In this document: positions 16,139 to 28,900 of the stretch, in pieces
Layout: every line of letters begins with the position of its first letter
Position numbering within the stretch: position 1 is the first letter of the stretch
Source of the DNA: Chlorokybus atmophyticus
Taxonomy: Eukaryota > Plantae > Mesostigma and Chlorokybus algae
Assembly: GCA_009103225.1 (NCBI GenBank)
Contig: RHPI01002069.1
Coordinates: 2,504,846-2,568,845, forward strand
Direction of reading: 5' to 3'
Length of the DNA stretch: 64,000 nucleotides
Notes under the pieces: model-generated
Told to the model about the DNA's origin: nothing
Seen by the model: the letters and a program-made list of their open reading frames with translations, nothing else
Databases searched by the model: none
Translations under genes and position numbers: made by a program

Positions 16139-17230
16139 GACTACCTTAGCGAACAACTGCGATGAGGGTGAAGAGGAGCATGAGAATGGACATGCGCATG
16201 AGCCAGCACAGGGGTTTGGATGACCGGACAACAGCACACAGGGGTTACATTCAGCGCGCACAAAAACCGCTACCACCCTAGTTGGCCACACACTCACCAA
16301 AGCTCAAGAAGGAAGGAGTAAGCCTTGGCTAAGCTCCGCGCACAGGACGTTGCGCTGTTCGACGCCGCCAACATGCACAAGGAGACAGGGTTGAGCGGCC
16401 TGAGGGAGTTGCAGACGACAAAGCATGTAAAGGCCAGCGTCGACGACGCTGCGACAACGACGTGCTGCGGGTCCAGGTCATCATACTGTGAGAGCCTTTA
16501 CATGGTGTAGATTACGAAGCATGTAGAGCTGGCACATTGCACTACAGTGAGTGCTAGGCAAGTTCATGCCTACTGTGCACGAATCATGATGCTCACAGTA
16601 AAATGTCATGGTACTGTAACTCAACAGCCATCAATGTCATAGCTGAATTGCAGTACGAGTCTATCAATCCACAGTTCAAAGTTACATTGCTGGTTTGGGC
16701 TGACTACCTTAGCAAACAGTGAGATGAGTCTAAGAGAAAGAGCATGGAACGAACACGCGTGTGACTACCTTAGCGAACAGCGACTAAGCTTACAAGAACC
16801 CTCCGTGATATAGGAAACCTTCTCGATAACCTGCTGGGTTTCTGGCATATGGATGCGGGCTAACTACCTTAGCGAATGAGTTGAGGGTAAGAGGAGGAGC
16901 TTGAGAAGAACATGCGCGTGTGCATCCAAGCACAGGCGTTTGATCCAGACAACAGCACCCAGAGTTACAGCGACGGCGAGGACGAGGACCACTGCCATGC
17001 CCAAAGCTCGAGCTTAAGCTCAGAGAAGGCAGCAATAAACCTTGGCTACGCTCTGCGCACAGAACATGGACGCCGCCCATAACGCCGCCCACAACGATGA
17101 GAGTTGAGTAGCGTGAGCGAGGCGTAAGACGGGCTGCGACGGGCCAGCGTCGACAATCTGCAACGTCAGCTGTCGGCGCAAGCAGCAGGGTCCATGTCGG
17201 TAGAAGCAGACAGATTCATATAGAGCTGCA
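16139..17230. repeat. Diverged direct duplication (about 720 bp period) with a recurrent ACTACCTTAGC motif
   Basis: ACTACCTTAGC at 16140, 16703, 16764 and 16863. About 16139-16500 aligns by eye with about 16861-17220 (shared CCTTGGCTA..CTC.GCGCACAG and GGCCAGCGTCGAC). Confidence 0.7.
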
Positions 17231-17379
17231 TACTAGCTTGTAAGCCTGAATTAGCAAGGGCAAACCTACCTATCTTACCGTGCAAATCACGGCGTGAACT
17301 ATTGATGTCGTTCGGCTGTTGACCATGTTTGATAACGCAGTAACTATAGCGTGTAACGAGCGGTGCGGCTGATTGGGCG

Positions 17380-19010
17380 GGATTGGGCCGGCCGGCCGGC
17401 CAGCCGGGAGGCCGGCATTATGGCACAAAGACACATCACGCGCAATGAGGGCCATCACACACGGCACCCGAGACTACATGCCTGCCGCGCATACCGAGCA
17501 GCCTGCCTGCCTCTCATTGGCTATTAGACGTTTATCAGCTATCAGCCATTTGATTTATGTTGAACAAATCTCAACCTTCCAAAGCACATCCCCATACTGT
17601 GCAATTGCGCAAAGTAACTGCGAGTGAATAAAAGAATCCACTCATTTTGAGCACAATATGCACGGTGCACATATGCGTCATGTGTGCGTTGTACAGTCCA
17701 CCCCCGCTGAAAAACTTTGCTCCAGAATCATAATCCCGCTTGCAGCATACGTTCTGAGATCACCAACGATTTCACAGGGTAATGTTAGTGTTAAGAGAAT
17801 ATGATTAACCGCGAAGAGCATATTATTTTTCACGACATTTTTGCAAATGTCAGTGTGCGTATTCTTAACATTGAGGGAGTAGCGCGTGACAGGTGTGTCA
17901 TCAGGCGTAATTAGTGTGATAAACAAGGCGTGATGGGTACAGTGTCATGCGTAATTAGCGTAATGAGCGTGTTGGCATAATACATGACATAATGCGGGTG
18001 ATGTAATGGGCGTGATGGGCTGCTTTATAGCATACAAATGCTCTTAATGTTTAAGAGCATATTATGCTCTTTTTAACGCCAAGAGCATAACCCCGCCAGG
18101 AGCAAACTATGTTTGAAAACAAACAGCATGTTCTTAAAAGGGGTAGACTGTACAATAAATGTTTTAATGTAATTAAGTACGTACCACTATGTACCTTAAC
18201 TGTACAGTCCACCTCGCTATTAGAATCACGTGTATCTTTCATTTTATCAACGGGGTTATTCTCTTGGCGTTTACAATAATATACACTGTTTTGTTTTTCA
18301 CATATTATATATTTTACTAACAGGAGTATTGCAAAATAACCGCAAGCCACGTCATTATGTTTTAGCGTGGCATAAATTAGATTAATAATAGTTAATAATA
18401 AATCAATTATGTACGTAACTATATATGAGTCTTGTACTATGTGTATGTTTATAATATTTGAAATAAACATGCCATTAACGAGGTATTCCCCCGTAACAAG
18501 ACTGAGCTCACACAAAATTCTAACCCTTCGTTGTAATCTTATAGCGTACAAAACTACTACTCCCCTATCGATGATATTGGCTTGTAAAAGCATTGAATTT
18601 TAGCAAATCTATGATCTCAACGGGGTTATTTTCATAAACCGAAGTCTTTTAACGGGGGTAGACTATATAGTCTACCCTTTTGTAAGAGCATACTGTTATC
18701 CTCAAAAACCGTATGCTCTTGGCGACTAAGAGCATAATATGCTCTTGAACGTTAAGAGCATATATATGCTATAAGCGCAGATTCATTACGCCCATCACGC
18801 CTATTGGTCGGGCCGGCCTGTCGGCATTCAATCTACCTACATCCCGCGCTATGGCCATCACACGGCACCCGCGACTGCCGGGCTGCGCGGCAGTATGTGC
18901 GGCCCGCCTGCTTCTCATTGGCTAGGCGGCGAGAACAAGCGTTACACCGTTAAATCTACTTAAACACGATCCTGGCCGTCCAAAGCACATCCAATTGTAT
19001 AAGCGCATGC
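17380..19010. repeat. Pair of diverged GC-rich direct repeats (about 17380-17620 and 18805-19010)
   Basis: Shared in order: GGCCGGCC, GGCCATCACAC(AC)GGCACCCG.GACT, CTCATTGGCTA and CCAAAGCACATCC. Confidence 0.65.
18009..18801. mobile_element. AT-rich foldback/MITE-like element with long imperfect inverted repeats
   Basis: About 18009-18150 matches the reverse complement of about 18655-18801 (GGCGTGATGGG...TTATAGCATA..ATGCTCTTAA..AAGAGCATATTATGCTCTT...GCCAAGAGCATA...GGGTAGACT). The arms contain internal ATGCTCTT/AAGAGCAT palindromes. No coding capacity recognised. Confidence 0.7.
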
Positions 19011-19094
19011 CAATAAATGTGAAAATAAGCACAATTCTGCATACGTGGCTGCATGTTGATAATTTTAATGTGTTACATTAATAATATTGATAAA

Positions 19095-20230
19095 CATGCT
19101 GCAATATGGTGCATGTTGATAATTTTAATGTGTCACATTAATAATATTGATAAACATGGTGCAATATGGTGCCATATGATTAGCAAATGCTGTTAAGTGT
19201 TTCAAAACTTAATAATCAACGTAACATTCACGCCACGGTACGTGCTGCGATCCTCCATAAATAATGCCGAGGTTACGACCATCAAAATAATGCTAACCTG
19301 AATTACCTTAACGTAAAGATTCAACTAAACGAAAATCGCATCGTTAGGCCACCATTTGGTCACGCATGAGATTTATCAAATGGGATCGCAACGGTGACAA
19401 CAGCCAGCTGCTCAAAAAGGCAACGAAATGGCCAATCATTGCAAAGATGCGTAAAAGATGCTGAAAAATATCTCAGCGGCAACCGCTTACCAACGGCGAC
19501 CCAAAATTGCTAGGGATTTGGTGCAATTGCGGCACAGTCAGTGGTTAAAACGGCCGCGTTTTTGGCGGTACGAGGTCGGGGCAGGCCCCATACCCCAAAC
19601 ACATGCCGCCACTACTCACCCTCGTTCTAACTGATCCACTCTACCCGTTAACGCTAATTGATTACACGCTATGGTTACTGCGTCATCAAACATGGTCAAC
19701 AGCCGAATCAATTTGGCGTGAAATGATAGATATGATGAGCTTGAATGTGGGTGAGAAGTGGCGGCATGTCTTTGGGGTATGGGGCCTGCCCCGACCTCGT
19801 ACAGCTAAAAACGCGGCCGTTTTGACCACTAACTGCGTTGCAATTGCATCAAATCCCTAGCGATTTTGGGTCGCCGATCGTCAGCAGTTGCCGCTAAGAT
19901 AGTGTTCAGCATCTTCCATGCATCTCTGCAACGATTGGCCAATTCGCTGCCTTTTCCAGCAACGGCTGTTGTCACCATTGCGATCCCATGTGATCAAATT
20001 CACACGTGACTAAATGGTGGCCTAACGATGCGATTTTTCGTTTAATTGAACCTTAACGTTAAGGTAATTCAGGTTAGCATTATCAATGGTTGTAACCTTG
20101 GCATTACTTACGGAATATCTTAGCACGTACCGTGGCGTGAAAGTTACATTGAATACTAAGTTTTGTAACACTCAACTGCAGGTTGCTAACTATATTGCAC
20201 CATATTGCAGCATATGTGCTTCATATCGCA
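19095..20230. repeat. Large imperfect palindrome of about 1.1-1.2 kb centred near 19684
   Basis: 19231-19621 pairs with 19749-20137 (for example CGCCACGGTACGTGCT and GTACGAGGTCGGGGCAGGCCCCATACCCCAAA). Outer arms pair to about 19095/20230. The centre is a weaker palindrome. A 60-bp tandem duplication sits at 19051-19170. Confidence 0.9.
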
Positions 20231-21627
20231 ACATATGTGCTTCATATCGCAACACATCAGAGCTATTGTGCATGTGGACTTTGCTTCAGTGCACGCCCTA
20301 GTTGCTGGACTAAGCCGAGATGGTTTTGTTTTATGGCGACGAATGCCAACGCGGTTGATGTGTTCCAGTTGGTTTGTTCCATCATCCGCTATGACTCACG
20401 AGCAACACTGCAATTTGTCTCAGCAGTGCGAATTGTGAGACGAATGCGATGTTATGCTCTTCTGTTGGCAAGATGCGCAATGTACACATGGCGCCTGCAG
20501 TGCGTGCCGTTCACGGCACAAGCAGTCAACTTCTTCGGCGCAGACGGCACAACCAGGCTGTGCCGTCGGGACTTCCTGGTAAAAAAAGCCGTGCGCGGTC
20601 GGTACGCAGACTACAGTCTTGTGCCGGCGTCGGCGCCTTTGCTCCCTTGTGCCATTGACGGCACAAGACAGTCCAAGCTGAAGTCGGCACAACAGAGCTG
20701 GTGCCGTGATTGGTACAAGGTTCCACATCCCGATCACGGCACGAGACTAGCGATCCGTTAACGGTCGTCAATCATTGTGCCGCTACCGGTGCAGAAAACT
20801 TATGCCGAGAGCGGCACAGTAGACTTGTACCGTAGCAAAGCAGCAGCCTTCTCTCCTGCTGCGCTGTGACCGGCAGCGGATTACATCAGTGGCTTGTGCC
20901 GAGAACGGCACAACACACTCGTACCGACCAGCAGCCTTGGAGCTGAGCTTAGCTGGGTCGGAGCGGATGCTGAGCTGCATGCTTGGAGGAAGAGAAGGAG
21001 GCGGCGGCGCGAGCTGCTGCTGCTGGTTTACTTGGAGAAGCCAGTGGCGTGAGCTACTGCTGCTGCTGCTGCTGAGCTGCTTATGAGAAGAAGCTGCTTC
21101 TACCAAGAAGCAGATCTGGCAAAAATTGCACATCAGCTGGAGCTGGAGCTGAGCTGCGGCAGGTTGGATGAAGCTGTCTGGATTCTTGGGTTCTTGAGGA
21201 CGGTGGCTGAGCTGCTGCTGCTGTTGAACTGAGCTGCTGCTGCGGCAAAGCGGAAGTGCTGCTCCTGCGGAGCAAAACTGCTGCTGCTGCGGAGCGGAGC
21301 TGCTGACAAGCTGCTGGGGAGAAGGAGTTATTTCTGCTCTCGAGCTCTTGCTGGTAAGGCCTATGCTAGCTTGTTATTGTTGCTTGGTTTGCTCTGTCAG
21401 TGAGGCTTGGTCGAGAGTGTCTCCCTTACAGTCTGTTAGCTTGCTGCTGGGCGTCTTGCATTCAATCTCACTTGTTCAAGGTGAATGCTTGTAGTTGCTC
21501 CGTTTTCGTTTGCTAAATCCAAGATATCAGTGACCGCTGCTGCCAATTATTAGCCCCCAAGTTGTCCGTCATATGCTGTCACTGTTAGCAGTATTCAAGT
21601 CCGACTTACACGCTATCATCTGCAGCC

Positions 21628-24600
21628 ATGGCAGGACGCATTGTTCAACAGTCTGCTGTTCTGCGCGAGCGTGAGCAGTTTAATGAAACGCTTGCACTAA
21701 TCAAGCATGCTGGTGGGAAGCCACGCAAAGCCAGTGTACGTGCTAAACGGTCACTGCTTAAAGAGATGAGGGCCGCCCAGCAAGCGCGTCCAACAAACAT
21801 CAGCCCGCACCTCACTGGAGGAGGAGGTGATTTGCAGCTGCCTGCACCTGCGTCTGCCTTGGAGCTTGAGCCTGCACCTGCGTCTGCCTTGGAGCCCGAA
21901 CCTGCACCTGCGTCTGCCTTGGAGCCCGAGCCTGCGCCTGAAGATCAACCACACCTGTCCAACCAGCAGACAGCAGAACAATCTTCTCCAGAGATGCCGG
22001 ACTTTGGAGCCGCCGAGCAATCCGATCATTCTGGCAACCAAGAGCCTGAGCCTAAGCAGCCTCCAACCTTCAGTCGCGACCTTTGCCTCTGCTCCAAGTG
22101 CAAAGGCTTGGTAAGTTGCTTCGCTTGGCCTGCGCTGACGAACAAGTGACCATGCATGCACGTTGCTTACACACCCTTACTGTGTCGCAGATCATGCAGC
22201 CGCGACCTTTGCCTCTGCTCCAAGTGCAAAGGCTTGGTAAGTTGCTTCGCTTGGCCTGCGCTGACGAACAACTGACCATGCATGCACGTTGCTTACACAC
22301 CCTTACTGTGTCGCAGATCATGCAGCCGCGCTTGGTCATCGATGCGCACTTAGCCAAAGACGAGGCGACCAGACGGCTGAGGAGCATTCCCACTGTGCAA
22401 CCCACTTTGAACAGCTTTGATGCAGACAAGTTGCCTGATCTGCAGCAGACGTCTACAACTTACCTGGACAAGATAATCGAGATCTCATCCATCCTAGACG
22501 AAGCTGGAGTCTCGCAGGACTGCTTCAACAAACTGCTCCCTGTCCTCTTTAAAGGCGAAAGCTCCCTGATGGCTTTGGCTAAGAAGGGATTGTTCGATGA
22601 GAAGAGCGAAGGCTTCAAGCTGCCTACTACTTGCAAGAGCCTGATTGGCATGTTTGAGCGCATGGGGATGCCTTCAACACTGCATTATTCTGTCTGTGCC
22701 TGCGGCCACCTATTCGACAAGCCCTATCCAAATGCTGAGCTCGTTGTGCAAGACGAAGACTCGGTGCGCTCCAGCTACCGGCAGCGCGAGAAGGAGCGCA
22801 AGGCCATGGCAAAAGAACAGTGCCCAGACTGCAGTCAGAAACGCAAGGAAGGCACGAGTTTCTACTACCTCCCTCTCAGGTCAAGGTTGCAGCTTATGTT
22901 GGGCGTGCCAACCATCTGTCATCAATGGCTCCAGGCCTGGCTGCACCGGGAGCGGTGGCTTGACAAAGATCCAGCAATACCTCCTGCCAGTCAACATGAA
23001 GTCTGGGATGGAGCTCGTATGAGGGAGATCTCCGACTTCTTCAACCCCAAGAAGACCTACTGGCTGCCAGTCAGATGCGAGCACTGCCAGACAGTTCACA
23101 GACCAGGCCACCACTTCACTGAAGGCGACAGTGATGATGGGCCGCAGTGGAGGTTTCGGTGTCGCACCTGCGAGCAGGTCACCTGTCCTTTCAAGCATAT
23201 GGCCTGCGGTGACCCGAGGAACCTCATCTTCATTGGCCACTGGGACGGCTTCACCACAGCCAGCACCAGCCCCCGCAACACGCTGATGATCAACGTGGCC
23301 ATCTTGAACGGAGGCAAGTTGTTGAGCGCGCAGACGTCTTCGCTTCTTCCTGTGGGTTTTGTGCCCAAAGATCAGCTTCCCAAGGGGGTTGACAACATGG
23401 ACCCCTTTCTGAAGCCACTTATAGACGAGCTCGAATCACTGCTGCTTGAGGGCTTCACCTGCAATTATGCCCTCCCCACCTCTGAAGTTTGCCCTGACCT
23501 GCACTCTCAAGCAGCCGGTGCTACCACGCGCTTGCGTGCGATGCTGCTCATCTGGGCTGGTGATCACCCAGCCCAGTGTCAGATACTGAAGATGAAAGAT
23601 GGTGGCATCTTGGGCTGCCGCAGATGCTGGTGTAAGGCCCAGCCCTACATGGAAGAAGCCCAAAGGCCTGTAAAGCGCAAGGCTGCTCCAGAGTCCGACG
23701 ACGAGCAGGTGTCTGCTTGCAAGAAGGCTGTTTCCAAGTCCAGCAGCCAGGCAAAGTCTGCTAGCAGGAATAAGAAGCAGGCGGCTGAGAAGAAGAAGAA
23801 GAAGAAGAAGCAACCTGCCAGCAAGAAGCGTGCTGCTGCATCAACCAGCAATGGTCCAGCTGGTCCTAGCAACTCCCAAGCAGTGGAGCTCAACACCTAC
23901 CAGAAGAAGGTCTACCGCTACGATCAGAACTTCATGCACTCAAGACATCCATGGCCCGAGAGAGAAGAACAGGAGACTCTGACCAACATTGATAAGCTGG
24001 AGACTGCTGCTACCCCTGCTATTGGAACACAAGTCAGCATGGAGACAGGTGTCACAGGCAGGAGCCAACTGTGGCGCCTCTACCATGCCTATGGCTTCAG
24101 CCCACTCAAGGACGTGGTGTACGACGTCATGCACACCTTGTGTGAAGGTCTAGTGAAGGGCCTCTGCCATGCAGTTTTTGCAAAGGGAGCGCACGAAAGG
24201 GTGGTGGATGTTCCCTTGGTGGAGGCCAGGCTTAAGGACTTCACTGCAGCCTTGATCAAGGAAATGCGATCCGGGCGCTCTCCAAAGGGGATTACAGACA
24301 GGCTGGGCTGGTGGAAGGCAGAAGACTACCAGAAGTTTATGCAGGACTTTGCACCTTACGTGACAACGGGCTTGCTGACTTCGCACATGCGCGACGTCTT
24401 CATGTCCTTACACAAGCTCATCTGCCTGTTCTATCGCCACTCCCGCTTCAATGGCTGGACCGAAGACACCCTCAGACTGGCAGACAGCTTACTGCGTTAC
24501 TGGCGTATCAACTCAGAAGAATGCTTTGGCCACAACTTGAGACCTCTAGAGCATGCTGCTGGAGCAGGTCATCTGCTGGACGATATCTTCCGCCACGGCA

Positions 24601-25950
24601 GCCATGATGTGTACTGGTGCTACGTCTTCGAGCGCGCTGTCTCAGATCACTTGGAGACCAGCACCAACAACAAAGAGTATGAGTTCAGCTACATACATCG
24701 ACACGTACGCTTGTGGTACGAGCGGCTGCTTACTGTCTTGCGCGAAGACCAGCGCACGGGCATGGTCTTTGCAACACGCGTTCAGCTGCAGTTGCGGTCC
24801 CATCGCGTGTCCAGCGGTGTTGGAGGTTTCTGGTACGAAGCACCCAGTCAAAGCAAGGCTTTGGAACTCTGGAAGAAGGCTGAGACGTGTCCACACCGGT
24901 CTGAGTCACAAGACATTCTTGCTCGAGGCATACTTATTGGCCAGCTGCCAGGTCAACCCACACCACTAAGCTCAGAGCGGTTTGAGATGGTCAGCAGGCA
25001 CATCAGAGCAGATGCTAGGCATCTCGTGCAGAATACGGCTTACCACTACAAGGCTGTGCTGCTTAATGGGGAGATTCACAGGTTAGATTGCTTGCTATTG
25101 TTGTCCTCACACGTGCTGTTGTGCTTGCTGTCTGACTGCTACCAAGCTTTGTGTTCTACTGTGCAGAACAGAGTCGCCCCTAGGCATTGATAACGTTGTA
25201 ACAGACGACCACAGTTACATTGCTGTGAAGCAAGTATTTGTGCATATCTACAAGAAGAAGCCTCAAGTCTTCATTGCTGGTCGCCAATACGTCATGTACA
25301 CAGACACAGCTGGTGCCTTGTACCGTGACCTTGACACAAAGTCGGCCCTGGTGAAGGCTTTGAGCTCCGACGAAGTATGTATTCCAGCTGACAGACTCCT
25401 GAGAAAGTTCATGCTGCTGCCTAGTCGGCAGACCAAAGCTGGTTCCAAGGCTGACAGAGCTCCGCAACTAGCATATGATCTGCAGAACCCTGACCTGCAT
25501 GTCAAGGCCGGCGATGTTGATGTCCCCATCTGGCCTAAAGTCGGCGAGGTGGTGCAAATACGCGATCAAGCCAAGTCCGTTTGGGACTTGAAGTTGCCCA
25601 CAGAACCTGCCAACGAGTTCTGCATGGAGTTGCAGGAGCAACTCAACGACAGCAATGCACGCGCAACCCAGCAGCCGCGTCGCAGTAAGAGAGCAAACAC
25701 GCGCAAGGCACCTGCCGTGGATGAAGACTCACAAGAAGACGCCTGCGACGAGGATGATCCCGGACCTTGGTATGCTGTGGTTAGGAACATATTAGAGGAG
25801 GACAAGCAGGTTGAGGTCGATTACCTTACACGCATCGCGCCCGGTGTCTGGAGGGTGAACGACAACCACACTGGCGAAGTTGTCGGGAGGCTTACCTTGT
25901 GCAAGCTCATGCATTGGGTCAAGCTTGATCATGATACTTGGCGCGAGTAG
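21628..25950 (+). CDS. CMC/EnSpm-type DDE transposase (Transposase_21-like), [16 protein letters not shown], about 1340 aa spliced
   Basis: Motifs FYYLPL, VWDG, GHWDGF, FLKPLIDEL, AGDHPAQC...GCRRC, YDVMH, WKAEDY and HLLDDIFRHG...WCYVFER. Predicted exons 21628-22110, 22317-25081 and 25167-25950 join in frame at GT-AG sites. Confidence 0.88.
21841..21936 (+). repeat. 30-bp coding tandem repeat (PAPASALEPE)x3
   Basis: CCTGCACCTGCGTCTGCCTTGGAGC... occurs three times. Confidence 0.9.
22075..22326 (+). repeat. 126-bp tandem duplication spanning an 80-bp intron and 46 bp of exon
   Basis: CGCGACCTTTGCC... at 22075 and 22201. Predicted introns GTAAGT...CGCAG at 22111-22190 and 22237-22316. Confidence 0.9.
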
Positions 25951-28900
25951 GGCCGGTCCTACCCTCACATCAGCAAGTTTCGCAACTACCATGTGTACGC
26001 GTGATTAAGGTGAGCTGTGCCTTGGCATGCAGTCTGGTATTAAGCAGAAAAGGGCTTGTATATATGTATACACTTACGTAAGTTTGTCACACGAATGCAA
26101 TGTTGTTCTTTGTGCGGGCATGTACAGTTTTACTCTCCTGCTGCTACTTATCGTCCAATGTATCGACAGTCAGTACCTACTGTTGCACGACATAGTTTAA
26201 CTAATGCCTTCATGTCCCATTATACCAAGTGTGATAGTAAATACCACCAATGCCATCGATGTAGTCACGGGTCGGAGCGTTTCAGGTACATTGTGTTACA
26301 CAGCGCAGTGTACACTCGCAAGTTGGTAGAGGCACATCCCATGGTAGTGCAGATGTTGTCCCTTGTCAACACGTCCATGCTGCATCGCGAATTTTATATA
26401 ACTCATACAGTTTCACTTCTGGCCAAGTTCAGCAGTTGAATATGATGAACAGTCCGTTTTATCACTTGGGATAAATTTACACAGCAGAGCCAACATACCA
26501 CCTTGTTGCTAGAGTTGTTGAGCGAGCTATTATCGTCCACCACTCTCGTTCAAATATCAGACCTTGGTAAAACAACCATTTGGTTGGTTTTGACGGCATT
26601 CCCACTATTGGTTCATCTACTATTCGTAGCATTGTATCTCGTGCACACGATCGTATTTTGTTTAAACACTGCTAGTGAATCAGCATACATACGTTTTAAC
26701 CACTTTGTTGCCATTTCCTTCGCGCAGTACAGTTGAAGTCATAGTGGACACCATGTTGCGTGATAGACATATGTCGCTGCGTGAGCCTTGTGTTCCTCTT
26801 TTTATACACTTAGATACAGGTGGTGCGTGCAACATTCCTGGTTTAACTGTTGAGTCTGATCTGTTTCCCATGTTGTTTCCGCACAATCGTGGGTTCTTCA
26901 ATGGTAACGTGTACAGATTGTCAGATTATGTCAAGTTCCGTCTCACACAATCGCTCTCATTTTTCACATTGTCAAGCCTTATTTGCTATTGATGTACTAA
27001 ATCCGTCAATCACTTCTCACAGTCAGAAAGTGCCGCGAAGTTGCTGTGGACGCTGATATTAAATAGTTCCTCAAACAACGACCTACTGCCACAATCAATG
27101 TTGCCAAAAATGCTGTACAATGTCGTGTCCTGGTGACATCATTTGATCTCCGAGTTGGCATCGACAAAAGTTGAGTGAGGTGCTGTGTTTGGTTGAGCAT
27201 GGGGATATGCTTCATCTCTTTGTCACCATGACTGCAGATGAAGTGTCAAGTACCAAATTCTTTGAGATTATTGATTTGCAGAATGTTCTCCACAACGTCT
27301 CCACGCAACTCAGTTGACGTGATGCCCCTATGGAGTGCGCACGTTTACTTCATCATCGGTTCAGCACCGTCTTTGAAGAATATATCATGCAAAAGGATAT
27401 TCTTGGACGTGTGATGCACTATGTTATCAGGTATGGAACACAACACCGTGGATCTTTGCAAGCACATGTTATGTTGTGGGTACACCCCGATGATGTTGAA
27501 TGAGTTTGCAATAAAATCACTGCGTTTATCCCCGGAGATTTTGACCATGCAAATTTGAAAATGATTGTACCAGCTGATTCCAAACTGCGAGTCCTTTATG
27601 AATATGTTGTACGCAAGCAGATACACAAGTGTTCTAATGTTGGCAGTGGCTGCAGAGCATTTAACAACAAGTGCGACATGGGCTTTTCGTATCCCATACA
27701 CCAAATCGTCGATCTCAGTTCAACACAAAAACGCGCAGGTACGACTATTACAGACCACGCACTTGTGACCGCAATGTTGTTCCCACACATCCAGTGCTTT
27801 TATCATTGTGGGGTGCTTATTGTAGTGTGTTGCAAGTCACCGACAGTCATTGAAGCAAGTATTTAATGAAGTACATAACTGAAATGGAACCTTGTGGCAT
27901 CGTTGATGATACATTAAACACCAATGCACTCGGTTTGCAAGGATTAACTGCTAACAAGTTGCGCATATTAAACACAATGTACTTGTCCAAACCCATTGCT
28001 CCAGCTAAAGCTGCTTTGATATGTTCCGATATGCACATGTCGTCCAATGTAACATATGGTGACACGCATTTGCCTAACTATCGTTTTCGCCTAGTGAATA
28101 GTCGTGGACAGATAATAATTGTGCATCCCATTCATCGTCATTGTGTCAGGCCTGACGAGGTGGAAAGAGTAACAATGTACAACTACTTTCGACAGTACAT
28201 GCACCGAGATGGAGACACTGTTCCACACAACTGTGCGTACTTTGAGAGACAGATTGAATGCATTCATTTATGAGTTATCTGACCCACGCATTATCAGATT
28301 TACGAATTACCATCCTGTACACAGCATTGAGGGGGTTTGTTCCAATTTACTTCTTCATCGGGTTACTTTTCGTTCTGAAGTTCATTTTATTTCTTTAAAC
28401 AACCAATCACGTACTTATTATGAAGAATGTGTGTTGCAGGGTTTCATTAACAACACAATCCGTTGTTGACACATGTCACGCGCTATGCCGAACGTCATCT
28501 ATACAATGATGTTAAGATTCACCATATGATGAACGCCGTGATGCAGACCACCGATAATGCTATTGATGCCTTGTCTATGGCCGCAGCTGGTCCAACAGAC
28601 AGCCAAACTGCATCAGAATCTACCTACCACGCAGTATGTAACAGCAACATCATCCAATCCTGCATCTCCAGCTTCAACTGTGACAACGGACTCAGATGTA
28701 TCGCTTGCTATGTTTTAAGGTACATTGAATGTTGAGGAGTTTGCGTTTGCGAACAATATGTCTTTGACCAGCAAGCCAAAACGCACCGCAAGTAGTAACA
28801 TCGCAGCACCGGTTGGTCTACATGCAGTATCTGGTTGCCCGAAAGCAGGCAAAACATTTTTGACCAAATTCATCACTCACAAGTTGCGCGTTGCTGGGAT

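Larger units (their letters stand above)
20485..25995 (+). mobile_element. CMC/EnSpm (CACTA-like) transposon 1 with CACATGG termini
   Basis: TA|CACATGG at 20483-20491 and CCATGTG|TA at 25989-25997. More than ten TGTGCCG/CGGCACA subterminal motifs at 20500-20920. Helitron homology stops near 20484 and resumes near 26078, so the right boundary is 25995 or about 26078. Confidence 0.7.

Noticed and set aside
16140-16876. ACTACCTTAGC as an rDNA, I-CeuI or R2 target site
   Set aside because: Only 9 bp are shared and there is no flanking rRNA similarity.
19620-19750. Flip-flop inversion of the palindrome spacer between the Helitron copies
   Set aside because: The spacer is itself weakly palindromic (GCTAATTGATT versus AATCAATTTGGC), so its orientation cannot be inferred.
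20783-21400. Divergent accessory ORF in CACTA-like element 1
   Set aside because: The sequence is CAG-rich low complexity, with no convincing start codon or domain.
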